From contig JALOTF010000003.1 of assembly GCA_025458025.1 (NCBI GenBank), positions 12,161-76,160 of the forward strand: a DNA stretch of 64,000 bases. The letters run 5' to 3'. This document shows, in pieces, positions 47,402 through 56,436 of the stretch. Source of the DNA: Beijerinckiaceae bacterium (GTDB lineage Bacteria > Pseudomonadota > Alphaproteobacteria > Rhizobiales > Beijerinckiaceae). The position numbers were made by a program, and so were the translations under genes. Positions within the stretch are counted from its first letter, which is position 1, and every line of letters begins with the position of its first letter. The notes below the pieces were generated by a model. It saw only the letters and a program-made list of their open reading frames with translations. It was not told the DNA's origin and did no database searches.

Positions 47402-47743
47402 TCACAGGATACGGTCAAGAAAAGCTTTCCCGTCGCGGGCCTCGATCTCGAGGATCCAGACATCCGGATCGAAGCGGATTTCCTTGTCCAGGCGTGCTTC
47501 GGCCACCTCGCGCGCCACGGTTTCCTCCGCATGGAGGCGGGTGAAAGCGCGTTCGCTATCCCCACCCTCGTAAAGGGCCTGGGGTGCCGGCCCGTAAAGC
47601 GTGCAGGTACCGTCGAGGCGATCCACCAGCACGAAGATCGCGCCGGATTGCGAGCCGCCCCGCCGGCGCAAGGCCGCGAAAGCGCCCCCCAGCTCCGCTC
47701 GGCGGATGGTGGCGGATACGAAGAACTCGCTGGCGAGCCGCAT
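47402..47743 (-). CDS. DUF1491 family protein
   Basis: MRLASEFFVSATIRR, GAIFVLVDRLDG and FDPDVWILEIE. Confidence 0.85.
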   Translation of the reverse strand: MRLASEFFVSATIRRAELGGAFAALRRRGGSQSGAIFVLVDRLDGTCTLYGPAPQALYEGGDSERAFTRLHAEETVAREVAEARLDKEIRFDPDVWILEIEARDGKAFLDRIL

Positions 47744-48564
47744 TACTGCGCGATCGGAACGCCGGTGACCTGCGCCAAAGTGCGCAGGCTGGAGCCGCGC
47801 GGCTCACCCTTGGGCGGCAGGCGATTGTCCTGCTCGAAGCGCGTGAGGGCCGAGCGCGTGGTCGGGCCCCATTGGCCATCCTCGTTCAGCGGACCATAAC
47901 CCGCCTTGTTCAACGCGCGCTGAATGTCCCTCACCGTGCGGGGAGGCGTTTCATCACCCGAGGCGCGCTTCACGAGATCGAGGAGTTCATCCTTCATCGT
48001 GGCGCGCGTCGCTACGATCTCCTTTAGCAGCGTCTCGCTCGGGCGGCCATCGACCGGCACGCGCTGCGCGAACTGAAAATCGCGGATCGCCTGCGTCATG
48101 CGCGGGCCGACCTTCCCATCGGGCTCGCCCTTGAAGAAGCCGCGCTTGGCGAGCTCGCGCTGGATCTCGAAATTCAGCGCTTCGGTTGTCTCGCCGGCCT
48201 TCGCCTTATCGCCGGGTTTGACAGGCGTTGCAGGCGTGGCGGCAGGCGTTGGCGGCGTCACGGGCGCGGGTTTCGCTCCGGTCAGCGGGCGCTGCTCGAA
48301 AGCGGCCTTGGCCACATCCTGCCGCAGAGGCGGCACCGGAATCTCGTTCTTCGCCACGGGGCGGAACAGCGGCTCGGGGTGACGCTCGGTCTGGAAGGCG
48401 ACCGCATTCAGCACGATCGCGAGGCCGCCGATGGTCGCACCCACGGCGGCCAGCCGCATCGGCGTAAACAGACCACGACGCCGGCCCTTCCGCGGCGCGA
48501 CGGGCATGCGCCCTTCCTGACGTTGGCTCCCCATCTTGCGCTCCGAAGAATTCCGCTCGCTCAT
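47743..48564 (-). CDS. Membrane-anchored peptidoglycan-binding domain protein (two PG_binding_1 repeats)
   Basis: One TM segment, IQRELAKRGFF...DGKVGPRMTQAIRDFQ and IQRALNKAGYG...DGQWGPTTRSALTRFE. Confidence 0.85.
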   Translation of the reverse strand: MSERNSSERKMGSQRQEGRMPVAPRKGRRRGLFTPMRLAAVGATIGGLAIVLNAVAFQTERHPEPLFRPVAKNEIPVPPLRQDVAKAAFEQRPLTGAKPAPVTPPTPAATPATPVKPGDKAKAGETTEALNFEIQRELAKRGFFKGEPDGKVGPRMTQAIRDFQFAQRVPVDGRPSETLLKEIVATRATMKDELLDLVKRASGDETPPRTVRDIQRALNKAGYGPLNEDGQWGPTTRSALTRFEQDNRLPPKGEPRGSSLRTLAQVTGVPIAQ

Positions 48565-50228
48565 GATGCCAGCCTCCCCGGCGCGACCGGCGCCGGCTGT
48601 TCGCGACGGGATGTCGGCCGTGCGGCCGTCGCAACACCCCGGAAAGTGATGCGCCGCTGGCCATCTTCTACACGGAAGATCGCGCGGCAGGCTCCGGCAG
48701 CCGCCTGTTCCAGCGCCATCTGGAGCATGTCCTCATGCCCGCCACCAAGCGATCCACCATCGGCGCGCGCCACCACGATTCGCAGATCCGAACCGATCTG
48801 CGACACGGCGAGTTCCAGCTTCTGGCCGGGCTGATCCTGAAGGGCGGCACGCAGCAGCACGCCGATTGCGAAGCGAGCGGCATCGGCGGGCAATTCGGCC
48901 GGCGCATCGCCAGCCTCGCCCAGCACGGTCACGCGGCCCTCGCAGCCCTCGGCGGCGAGCACGAAGCGGGCGGCATCCTGTGCGAGACGCACCACATCCA
49001 CGCGCTCGCGCCGGGGAGCGGCGGGTCCGGTGAGAAGCTTCAGCCAGCGCCCCATCAAGGCGGTGTTGCGATGCGCTTCGAGCATGGCGGCGCGTGCTTC
49101 CTCCGCGTAATGGCGGTAGCTTGCGAGATCGCGCGGGGCGAGCTTCGGATCAGCGATGAGTTCGAGATAGCCGAGGCTCGCATTGAAGGGCGAAACGGCA
49201 TCGTGCATCGCGCGCTGCACGAGGGCGGGGTCTGTGGCGGTCTGCGACTCGGCCTCCGGCGCGGCGGGCACCTCGGCAGCGTCGCGGCCAAGCGCCACGA
49301 GTGCGAGGCCCGGCAAACCAAGTGCAGGCGCGACCGAGAGGTTCCGCTCCGTAAAACGACCGCCGCCAACGCTGGCATCCTGCCGCAGTCGAAGCGTGAG
49401 TTTCGGCGTGGCCTCGCCCTGATGGATGGCGCGCGAGAGCGCCTGCAACAAGGCCGGGCGATCAATCACCAGCAGGGCATCGATCACCGACGGATAGGGC
49501 CATGACGCAGCCGCCGCGAGCCAGGCGAAGCGGCTCGTTTCGAGTTCGGTTGCGAGCGTGCCAGTGGAATCGACCGCGAGCACGAGGCCATCGTGATCCG
49601 GGAACGGCGCTTCCGAGAGAACCATGCCGCGCGGCGCGGGCTCCAGCGCATCCAGCAGCGGCGAGGAAGCCGGTGCGAGTGCCAACATCGTGAGCATTGG
49701 CACGGCCATGCTGATCAGCATCAGTACCAACGGGCCGTGGCTGGCGGAGAAGATCAGCCCGGCAACCGTCGCGCCCAGACCAGCCGCAAAGACCCGCCGC
49801 GCATTGCGATTATTGCCAGCGAGAAGCAGTCGCGTGCCGAGATAATCCGCCCCGGCCATCAAACCTGCGCAGAGAATCGCGCCCGTCGGAGTCGAGAGCC
49901 CCACCACCAGAAGCACGTTGATGAGCGCCATGGGCGCGAGGAACGCGAGCGCCGGCTGCGGGCCGCGGCGCAGAAGCGCGAACCCCACGACCTGCAAGAC
50001 GAGCAGGCCGGAGAGCGCCACGAGATCACCCGCATGCCAACCCAATTCGGGCTTCAGCGGCGCGAGCACCACGAGAAGCGCGAGAAACACCACCGCCCCG
50101 AGAAGCCCCGCCATGCGTCCGGCCAAGGCAATCGACAGCGCACGCGATTCGGCGCTCTCGCTCCGCGAAGCGGCGGAGGCAAGGCGGCCATCCTGACCAA
50201 GCAACGTCTGGGTCCAGTCGATACGCAT
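48561..50228 (-). CDS. Degenerate membrane histidine kinase at the divJ position (probable pseudokinase)
   Basis: Multi-TM N-terminus, PAS-like segment (LLVIDRPALLQAL), H-box-like MHDAVSPFNASLGY, no recognisable N/G1/G2 boxes. Confidence 0.6.
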   Translation of the reverse strand: MRIDWTQTLLGQDGRLASAASRSESAESRALSIALAGRMAGLLGAVVFLALLVVLAPLKPELGWHAGDLVALSGLLVLQVVGFALLRRGPQPALAFLAPMALINVLLVVGLSTPTGAILCAGLMAGADYLGTRLLLAGNNRNARRVFAAGLGATVAGLIFSASHGPLVLMLISMAVPMLTMLALAPASSPLLDALEPAPRGMVLSEAPFPDHDGLVLAVDSTGTLATELETSRFAWLAAAASWPYPSVIDALLVIDRPALLQALSRAIHQGEATPKLTLRLRQDASVGGGRFTERNLSVAPALGLPGLALVALGRDAAEVPAAPEAESQTATDPALVQRAMHDAVSPFNASLGYLELIADPKLAPRDLASYRHYAEEARAAMLEAHRNTALMGRWLKLLTGPAAPRRERVDVVRLAQDAARFVLAAEGCEGRVTVLGEAGDAPAELPADAARFAIGVLLRAALQDQPGQKLELAVSQIGSDLRIVVARADGGSLGGGHEDMLQMALEQAAAGACRAIFRVEDGQRRITFRGVATAARPTSRREQPAPVAPGRLAS

Positions 50229-50551
50229 GGAGGCTGAGGCGAACCTTTCGTTCCGGCCGGGCAACCGGCGAGGGCATGGAAACGCCGAAGCGCTTCGTTC
50301 TCCGGACCCTCGCGCGGCGCTCCTTAAGCGGGCGTGAAACGGGAGCATCGGGCTTGCTGGAAAACCGCTCGCACACGCCGGGCGGGCCGGCTTTCGAGTC
50401 CTATGGTGAACAACAACCTTCCGGATTGGCGAGGCGTTGCGGATTCCGGAACATCTGCGGCGGGGAAGCGCGGAGATGCATCGCATTTGAATCAATTTCC
50501 GAACGGTCTTCTCAAACCCTTGCGCTATGCCCTTGAGCGGACAGGAGCGGG

Positions 50552-50899
50552 ATGATGATCACACGTCTCATGGTGGCCCTGCTGGCCCTCTACATCGTGT
50601 CGGGGGGCGGCAAGAACTGGATGAATGCCGCGCCGGGCGAGCAGACAGCGCATGCGGCTGATTCGCTGCCGGCACAGGCCTCGCTTGCGAGGCAGGCGCT
50701 CGAATTCTGCCTCAGCCATCGCGATATCTGCGCTGAAGCCGCCGGCAGCCTCGTGAAAGCCACGGGCAGCGTGCCAGCCGTTCCACCCATCCCGGCGATT
50801 CCCACCCTGCCTGCGTCGCAGCAGGCCCATGCGCCGGGCGAGGCCGCGCCGCATCTGCCGGTTCCGCCGCGCCGTCGCAACACCGCCACCGGGGCTTGA
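50552..50899 (+). CDS. DUF5330-like exported protein
   Basis: Signal/TM segment, FCLSHRDICAEA cysteine pair, proline-rich tail; upstream of sufE. Confidence 0.7.
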   Translation: MMITRLMVALLALYIVSGGGKNWMNAAPGEQTAHAADSLPAQASLARQALEFCLSHRDICAEAAGSLVKATGSVPAVPPIPAIPTLPASQQAHAPGEAAPHLPVPPRRRNTATGA

Positions 50900-50963
50900 C
50901 CCCGGGGGGCGCATCGCGCCATCTGCCGGTCGAACTCCTCCGGACCGGATACCGCGCGCAGCC

Positions 50964-51392
50964 ATGACCTTCCCCCTTCCCGCCGGCAATACGCGGCTTC
51001 AGGGCATCGTCACCGATCTCGATTTCCTCGATGATTGGGATGAGCGCTATCGCTACCTGATCGATCTCGGCCGCCGGCTCGATCCGCTGCCGAAGGAGGC
51101 CTATTCGGAGGCGAACCGCGTGCCCGGCTGCGCGAGCCAGGTGTGGCTGCTGATGAGCCGCAACGCCGATGGCTCGCTCGCGATCCGGGGCGACAGCGAC
51201 GCGCTGATCGTGAAGGGGCTCGTGGCTCTTGTGCTTGCGATGTTCGATGGCCGCCCCGTCGCCGAGGTGAATGCGATGGACGCGCAAGGCTTCTTCGCGG
51301 CCATCGGCCTCAAGGATCACCTCACCTCGCAGCGCGCGAATGGCCTCGCCTCCATGGTCGCGCGCATCAAGGCAGAGGCCGCGAAAGGCTGA
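50964..51392 (+). CDS. sufE: Fe-S cluster assembly sulfur acceptor SufE
   Basis: DWDERYRYLIDLG, VPGCASQVW, GDSDALIVKGL and LTSQRANGL. Confidence 0.94.
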   Translation: MTFPLPAGNTRLQGIVTDLDFLDDWDERYRYLIDLGRRLDPLPKEAYSEANRVPGCASQVWLLMSRNADGSLAIRGDSDALIVKGLVALVLAMFDGRPVAEVNAMDAQGFFAAIGLKDHLTSQRANGLASMVARIKAEAAKG

Positions 51393-52226
51393 TTACCCGG
51401 TTTTCGGGAAGGCGGGACGCGCATCCGCCGCTGCCCACTGGCGGATCGGCTGGCTGTCAGCCCCCTGCGCGACGCTGGACAGCCCGTAATGCCGCGCCAG
51501 CGCCCTGAGGCCCAGCGACAGCACAACCTTGCCCGAGCGCACCGGCAATCCAAGGCCCTGCTCGATCTCGCCGACGGAACGGCTGAAGCCACAGAGATCC
51601 ATCAGCGGACCGGCGAAATCCGGCCCCACGGCCAGCATCGCTTTCTGCACGCGAAGCCGCGCCTGCGCCTGCACTTCCGTCATGGTCAGGCCTGCGCCAG
51701 GGCCGGCACCATCGACCACAAGGCGATCCCAGTTGATGGTAACGCGCGGCGGCAGGCAGGCCATCTCGATATCGCGACGCAGGCGCTCGCCGGCGGCGCG
51801 CCCCGCCTCATCAAGGCCAAAGCATCCGCCTTCCTGCCGGGCGAGCATGGCGAGCGGATCTTCCCGCTGGTTGCGGCGCATCGGCGTGCCATCCTCGCCG
51901 GTCACGATCTCGATCGCGCGGTGCTGGTCGCCGAAGGCCTCCTCTCCCGTTTTCCGCCGGAAGGCCGCCGCGCGCCCCTCCGGTGTGAGTCGGAAGCGCG
52001 GCAGCCCGCCGATATTGTCGCAACGCACCGCGCCGGACGAAAGCAGCGGCGCCAAAACCGCCATGGGCAGGCGTGCGCGCACCAGGGCCACGCCCTTTTT
52101 CGGCACGATGACCTGCACGATCCCCTCTTCGCGCCGGGCATAGGCTTCAGGCTCGGCCAGGAGATCCAACAGGCGGTCCTCGTCGCGTTCCGGGCTCGAA
52201 GCCGGACGGGCCAGTGCGGGCCTCAT
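51393..52226 (-). CDS. DUF6456 protein, GafZ-like (C-terminal half of GafA)
   Basis: AAGERLRRDIE, PRVTINWD, AVGPDFAGPLMDLCGF and RSGKVVLSLGLRALARHYG; translationally coupled (ATGA) to the DnaA-HTH gene. Confidence 0.75.
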   Translation of the reverse strand: MRPALARPASSPERDEDRLLDLLAEPEAYARREEGIVQVIVPKKGVALVRARLPMAVLAPLLSSGAVRCDNIGGLPRFRLTPEGRAAAFRRKTGEEAFGDQHRAIEIVTGEDGTPMRRNQREDPLAMLARQEGGCFGLDEAGRAAGERLRRDIEMACLPPRVTINWDRLVVDGAGPGAGLTMTEVQAQARLRVQKAMLAVGPDFAGPLMDLCGFSRSVGEIEQGLGLPVRSGKVVLSLGLRALARHYGLSSVAQGADSQPIRQWAAADARPAFPKTG

Positions 52227-52678
52227 GCGCCGTCTCCCGCCAATGTGCGGGCGAAATCCTCCGCCCAGCGCGACAGGGCCGTCTCCAGCATCAGCAGCGG
52301 CTGGTCGAAGCGGGCCCGGTCGCGCAGGTCTTCCACCAGCTGGCAGGCATGGCGAACAGTCGTGCGATCCCGCCCGAACACCGCGCCAGTGCGCGTCATC
52401 GAGAGGTGGAACAGGGTATGCGTGAGGTACATGCCCATCTGCCGCGCTTCCGCGATATGCGCGGAGCAGCGCGTTCCGGCGCGCAGATCCCGCAGCGAGC
52501 AGCCTTGCCAGTTCGCAGCAACCGCCTCCGCGAGGCGCGGCCCCAGCCGCGACTGGAGATCGAGCGCGGAAACCGGGCGCGGCGTTTCAGCCTTCCTCGG
52601 GCGGCCTCGCCTCCGCCGAGGCGGTGCGACAGAGCCGAATTCCACAGCCGGATTGCATTGCTTCTGCTGCCAGACCAT
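52223..52678 (-). CDS. DnaA C-terminal HTH protein, GafY-like (N-terminal half of GafA)
   Basis: AEARQMGMYLTH and GAVFGRDRTTVRHACQLVEDLRD match the DnaA domain IV signature; RBS GGAGAA. Confidence 0.78.
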   Translation of the reverse strand: MVWQQKQCNPAVEFGSVAPPRRRRGRPRKAETPRPVSALDLQSRLGPRLAEAVAANWQGCSLRDLRAGTRCSAHIAEARQMGMYLTHTLFHLSMTRTGAVFGRDRTTVRHACQLVEDLRDRARFDQPLLMLETALSRWAEDFARTLAGDGA

Positions 52679-52924
52679 CCCGCATTCTCCCGATCGGGCC
52701 TGCGACCATCCGGGGGTGTTCTCTCCCGGACATCGATGAGGAAAGGCTACGAAGAAGCTTCCGGCGGGTAAATTACCTTAGAGCAAGTTTATAAGAAAAT
52801 ATTCATATAATCCCCGCAAATACGAGGATTAATATGATCATTTTCCTATTTTTTTGCATTGTCTTTTAGTGTTCTGCCCAAGAGGCATCTGGCGTGGGAA
52901 GCCAGCGCTCCATCGCGGGCCATA

Positions 52925-52952
52925 AAAAAGGCGCCACGGAGGGCGCCTTTTT
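52925..52952. terminator. Bidirectional Rho-independent terminator downstream of mucR
   Basis: AAAAAGGCGCC-acggag-GGCGCCTTTTT. Confidence 0.85.
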
Positions 52953-52970
52953 CGATACGGTTGCAAATGA

Positions 52971-53378
52971 TCAACGGCCGCGCTTGCGCTTCTGGCCAAG
53001 GCCCATTTCCTTCGCAAGGCGCGAACGGGCGGCCGCATAGTTCGGCGCGACCATCGGATATTCCGCCGGGAGGCCCCACTTCTCGCGATATTGCTCGGGC
53101 GACATGTTGTACTGCGTGCGCAGATGGCGCTTCAGCGACTTGAACTTCTTCCCGTCTTCCAGGCAGATGATGTAGTCCGGGAACACCGATTTCTTCGGAG
53201 AGACTGCGGGCTTGGCCGGCTCGACCACCACTTCCGCGGGAACGGTGCCGACCTTGGTCAGGGCGTTGTAGACATCATTGATCAGCGTAGGCAGATCAGC
53301 CGCCGGGACCGAATTGTTGCTGACATAGGCGGAAACGACCTCGGCCGTCAGTTCAATCAATTCGTTATTGTCCGACAT
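52971..53378 (-). CDS. mucR: Ros/MucR zinc-finger transcriptional regulator
   Basis: [31 protein letters not shown] and YPMVAPNYA. Confidence 0.96.
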   Translation of the reverse strand: MSDNNELIELTAEVVSAYVSNNSVPAADLPTLINDVYNALTKVGTVPAEVVVEPAKPAVSPKKSVFPDYIICLEDGKKFKSLKRHLRTQYNMSPEQYREKWGLPAEYPMVAPNYAAARSRLAKEMGLGQKRKRGR

Positions 53379-53768
53379 GATTCGTCTTCCTTTCTTGTCT
53401 CTCGACCTCACGGGCGCAACCCGTGCGTGTTCGCGGCATTCCGATCGGTGCTCTGTTTGCAAATTCGCAGCAAGAGTTGCTGAAACATCAAGCATTCGGG
53501 TGAGAGCTGCCACGACAATCGCTTCGATAACGTGAATCACATACTCTCTACAGCCAGCAGATACGGCAGATTCTGCTGTCGCGCAACAAAAACAAGTTTT
53601 AACCTCACAATCGAGCGTTGATTCTGCTGATGAATTCAATCAATTTTATCAATTCAAGTGCAACTTGACGTGACCTTCAGGGTTTCATGCAACCAGGCTC
53701 TTGCCCGTTTTCAGCGTCGCATCCATCTCTGCGGCAGGGCCAATCAAGGCCGAAACAGAGGGATACTT

Positions 53769-54170
53769 ATGAAGGTCCAGCGATCGAACGCCGAATGGCG
53801 CAATCTGCTCACGCCGGAACAATACTATATCTTGCGCGAGCACGGCACGGAGCGACCGGGCACCGGCCCGCATCTTTCTGAAGACAGGCCAGGGCTTTAC
53901 CGCTGTGCAGCATGCGAGAACCCGCTATTCATCGCGGATACGAAATTCGATGCCGGGTGCGGTTGGCCTAGCTTTTTCCAGACCATCGGGCCGGATGCCG
54001 TCACCGAGATCGAGGATCGCTCCTTCGGCATGCGCCGCACGGAAATCCGCTGCGCTTCGTGCGACGGGCATCTCGGGCATGTTTTTCCCGATGGGCCTCG
54101 ACCGACCGGCCTGAGATATTGCATGAACGGCCACGCGCTCCGCTTCGAGCCGCTGGAAGACGAGGGCTGA
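53769..54170 (+). CDS. msrB: Peptide-methionine (R)-S-oxide reductase
   Basis: GTERPGTG, zinc CxxC pairs (CAAC, CASC), [18 protein letters not shown] and RYCMN. Confidence 0.95.
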   Translation: MKVQRSNAEWRNLLTPEQYYILREHGTERPGTGPHLSEDRPGLYRCAACENPLFIADTKFDAGCGWPSFFQTIGPDAVTEIEDRSFGMRRTEIRCASCDGHLGHVFPDGPRPTGLRYCMNGHALRFEPLEDEG

Positions 54171-54231
54171 GAGGCTCATCCGGCTCCGGGCGGGGTGCGT
54201 ATCGCCCTCGCCTGAACGGATTGAAACGCCG

Positions 54232-56424
54232 ATGCCGCCCTTCGCTGCCCTCGCCCATCACCGCGCGCCACGCGCCAACCGCAAACCCACGCGCCGCGTG
54301 GTGCATGGCGTGACGCTGCACGATGACTACGCCTGGTTGCGTGCGAAAAACTGGCAGCAGGTGATCGAGGAGCCGGAGAAGGTTCCGGCGGATATCGCGC
54401 GTTATCTCCGCGCCGAGAATCGTTATGCCTCCGCCGGCTTCCGGCCCATGAAGGCGCTGCAGAAACAGCTCATCGCCGAAATGCGCGGGCGCATGGTGGA
54501 AGATGAAAGTGCGCCGCCGTGGAAGGACGGTCCTTTTCTCTATTACGAGCGCTATCGCAAGGGCGCGCAATACTCGCTCTGCTGCCGCAAGCCGGCGGCG
54601 GGCGGGCGCGAGCACATCCTGCTCGATGGCCCGAAGGAAGCGCGCGGGCTCGATTACTTCGATCTCGGCGCCACCGCAGTCTCGCCCGATCACAGCCTCA
54701 TGGCCTGGGCGGCGGATCTCACCGGTTCCGAGAGCTACATCATCCGCGTGCGCGACCTTGCGACGGGAGTGGATGCCGACAAGCTTGAGCGCAGCTCGGG
54801 CGATATCGTCTGGGGCCGCGACGGGCGCTTTTTCTATTACATCGAACTCGATTCCTCGCAGCGCCCCTATCGCGTGATGCGCCACCGGCTTGGCGAGCCG
54901 CAGGAAGCCGATGTCGAGATCTATCGCGAGGCAGATTCGGGCTGGTTCGTCAGTCTCGATCGCACGCAGGATGATCGCTACGCCTTCATCGACATCCACG
55001 ACCATGAGACAACCGAGGTTCTGCTGCTCGATTTGGATGATCCGCGTGAGGTGCCCGTGCCGGTTTTCCCGCGCGAAGCGGGCATCGAATACGAGATCGA
55101 CCACCATGAAGGGCGCATGATTATCCGCACCAACCACGCGGATGCCTCCGGCCGGAAGCCCGAGGATTATCGCATCATCGCCTTGCCTGTGGGCGAAACC
55201 GACACCCACAAGGCGGAGGTGCTGGTGGATGAGGTGCCGGGCCGCGCGATCCAGTCCGTGCATGTGCTCAAGGATTGGCTCATCTGGTCCACGCTCGGCG
55301 AGGATGGCCCGGCGATCCATGCGCGGAACTGGCGGAGTGGCACGGAAAAGACATTCCGGGCGCGCGCGCTCGGAGCTTTGGCAAGCGAGGTGGATTCCGG
55401 CTCGCGTGAAGCCGATGCGACCCGACAATCTCGAATCGTGGGAGATATTTCCGGCGCCATCGGCCCGGAATATGAGAGCGCTACATTGCGCCTCACCTTC
55501 TCGTCACCCGCCGAGCCGGAAATCACCCTCGACCACAATCTCGATACGGGCGAGGAAGTCATCCTCAAGCGGCAGGAGGTGCCTTCGGGGCATGATGCCG
55601 GGCGCTACGCGGTCGAGCGCGCCTATGCGCCCAGTGCCGATGGCGAGACGGTGCCGATTACCATCCTGCGGCTGGCTTCCACGCCGCTCGATGGCACGGC
55701 GCCTTGCCTGCTCTACGGCTACGGCTCCTATGGTTATGCCATGGATGCGGATTTCGAGACGGATCGTCTCAGTCTTGTGGATCGCGGCTTCGTCTATGCC
55801 ATCGCGCATATCCGCGGCGGCATGGAGAAGGGCTTCCGCTGGTATCGCGAGGGCAAGCGCGAGAAGAAGATCAACTCCTTCCTCGATTTCATCACGGCTG
55901 CGGATTTTCTGGTGGCGAAGAAATACGCCGCGCCGAAGCGCATCGTCGCGCATGGCGTCTCCGCCGGCGGCATGCTCATGGGCGGCATCGCCAATATGGC
56001 CGGGGAGAAATTCGCAGGAATCGTGGCCGAAGTGCCGTTCGTGGACAGCCTCAATACCATCCTCGACCCCACTTTGCCGCTCACCCCACCCGAATGGGTG
56101 GAATGGGGCAACCCGATCGAGGATGTGAAGGCCTTCGAGGCCATGCGCGCCTATTCGCCCTATGACAACGTGGGCGCGAAGGATTACCCGCCGATGTTCA
56201 TTGTCGGCGGCCTCACCGATCCGCGCGTGACCTATTGGGAACCGGCGAAATTCGTGGCGAAGCTGCGTGCGACCATGGCGGGCGGCGGGCCCATCCTCTT
56301 CCGCACGAATATGGGCGCGGGGCATGATGGTGCCTCGGGCCGCTATCGCCAGCTCGATGATGTCGCGCGGGTCTATGCGTTTGCGCTGGAAGTGACGGGG
56401 ATGGTCGAACCGGCGACGAGTTGA
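54232..56424 (+). CDS. ptrB: Oligopeptidase B (S9A)
   Basis: DDYAWLR, LLYGYGSYG, nucleophile GVSAGG, DPRVTYWEPAK and GHDGASGR. Confidence 0.92.
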   Translation: MPPFAALAHHRAPRANRKPTRRVVHGVTLHDDYAWLRAKNWQQVIEEPEKVPADIARYLRAENRYASAGFRPMKALQKQLIAEMRGRMVEDESAPPWKDGPFLYYERYRKGAQYSLCCRKPAAGGREHILLDGPKEARGLDYFDLGATAVSPDHSLMAWAADLTGSESYIIRVRDLATGVDADKLERSSGDIVWGRDGRFFYYIELDSSQRPYRVMRHRLGEPQEADVEIYREADSGWFVSLDRTQDDRYAFIDIHDHETTEVLLLDLDDPREVPVPVFPREAGIEYEIDHHEGRMIIRTNHADASGRKPEDYRIIALPVGETDTHKAEVLVDEVPGRAIQSVHVLKDWLIWSTLGEDGPAIHARNWRSGTEKTFRARALGALASEVDSGSREADATRQSRIVGDISGAIGPEYESATLRLTFSSPAEPEITLDHNLDTGEEVILKRQEVPSGHDAGRYAVERAYAPSADGETVPITILRLASTPLDGTAPCLLYGYGSYGYAMDADFETDRLSLVDRGFVYAIAHIRGGMEKGFRWYREGKREKKINSFLDFITAADFLVAKKYAAPKRIVAHGVSAGGMLMGGIANMAGEKFAGIVAEVPFVDSLNTILDPTLPLTPPEWVEWGNPIEDVKAFEAMRAYSPYDNVGAKDYPPMFIVGGLTDPRVTYWEPAKFVAKLRATMAGGGPILFRTNMGAGHDGASGRYRQLDDVARVYAFALEVTGMVEPATS
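55373..55438 (+). repeat. Degenerate rhizobial palindromic repeat (RPE/Bru-RS-like) inside ptrB
   Basis: GAGCTTTGGCAAGCGAGGTGGATTCCGGCTCGCGTGAAGCCGATGCG resembles the recalled consensus GAGCGTTTTCCAGCGAAGTGGATACCGGTTCGCGTGAAGAAAACGCG; comparison is from memory. Confidence 0.5.
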
Positions 56425-56436
56425 GGGCGAACTCCC

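Noticed and set aside
50324-50338. TTAA-N7-TGAA upstream of the divJ-like gene as a CtrA site
   Set aside because: Mismatch in a core position and no supporting flank; too weak to call.
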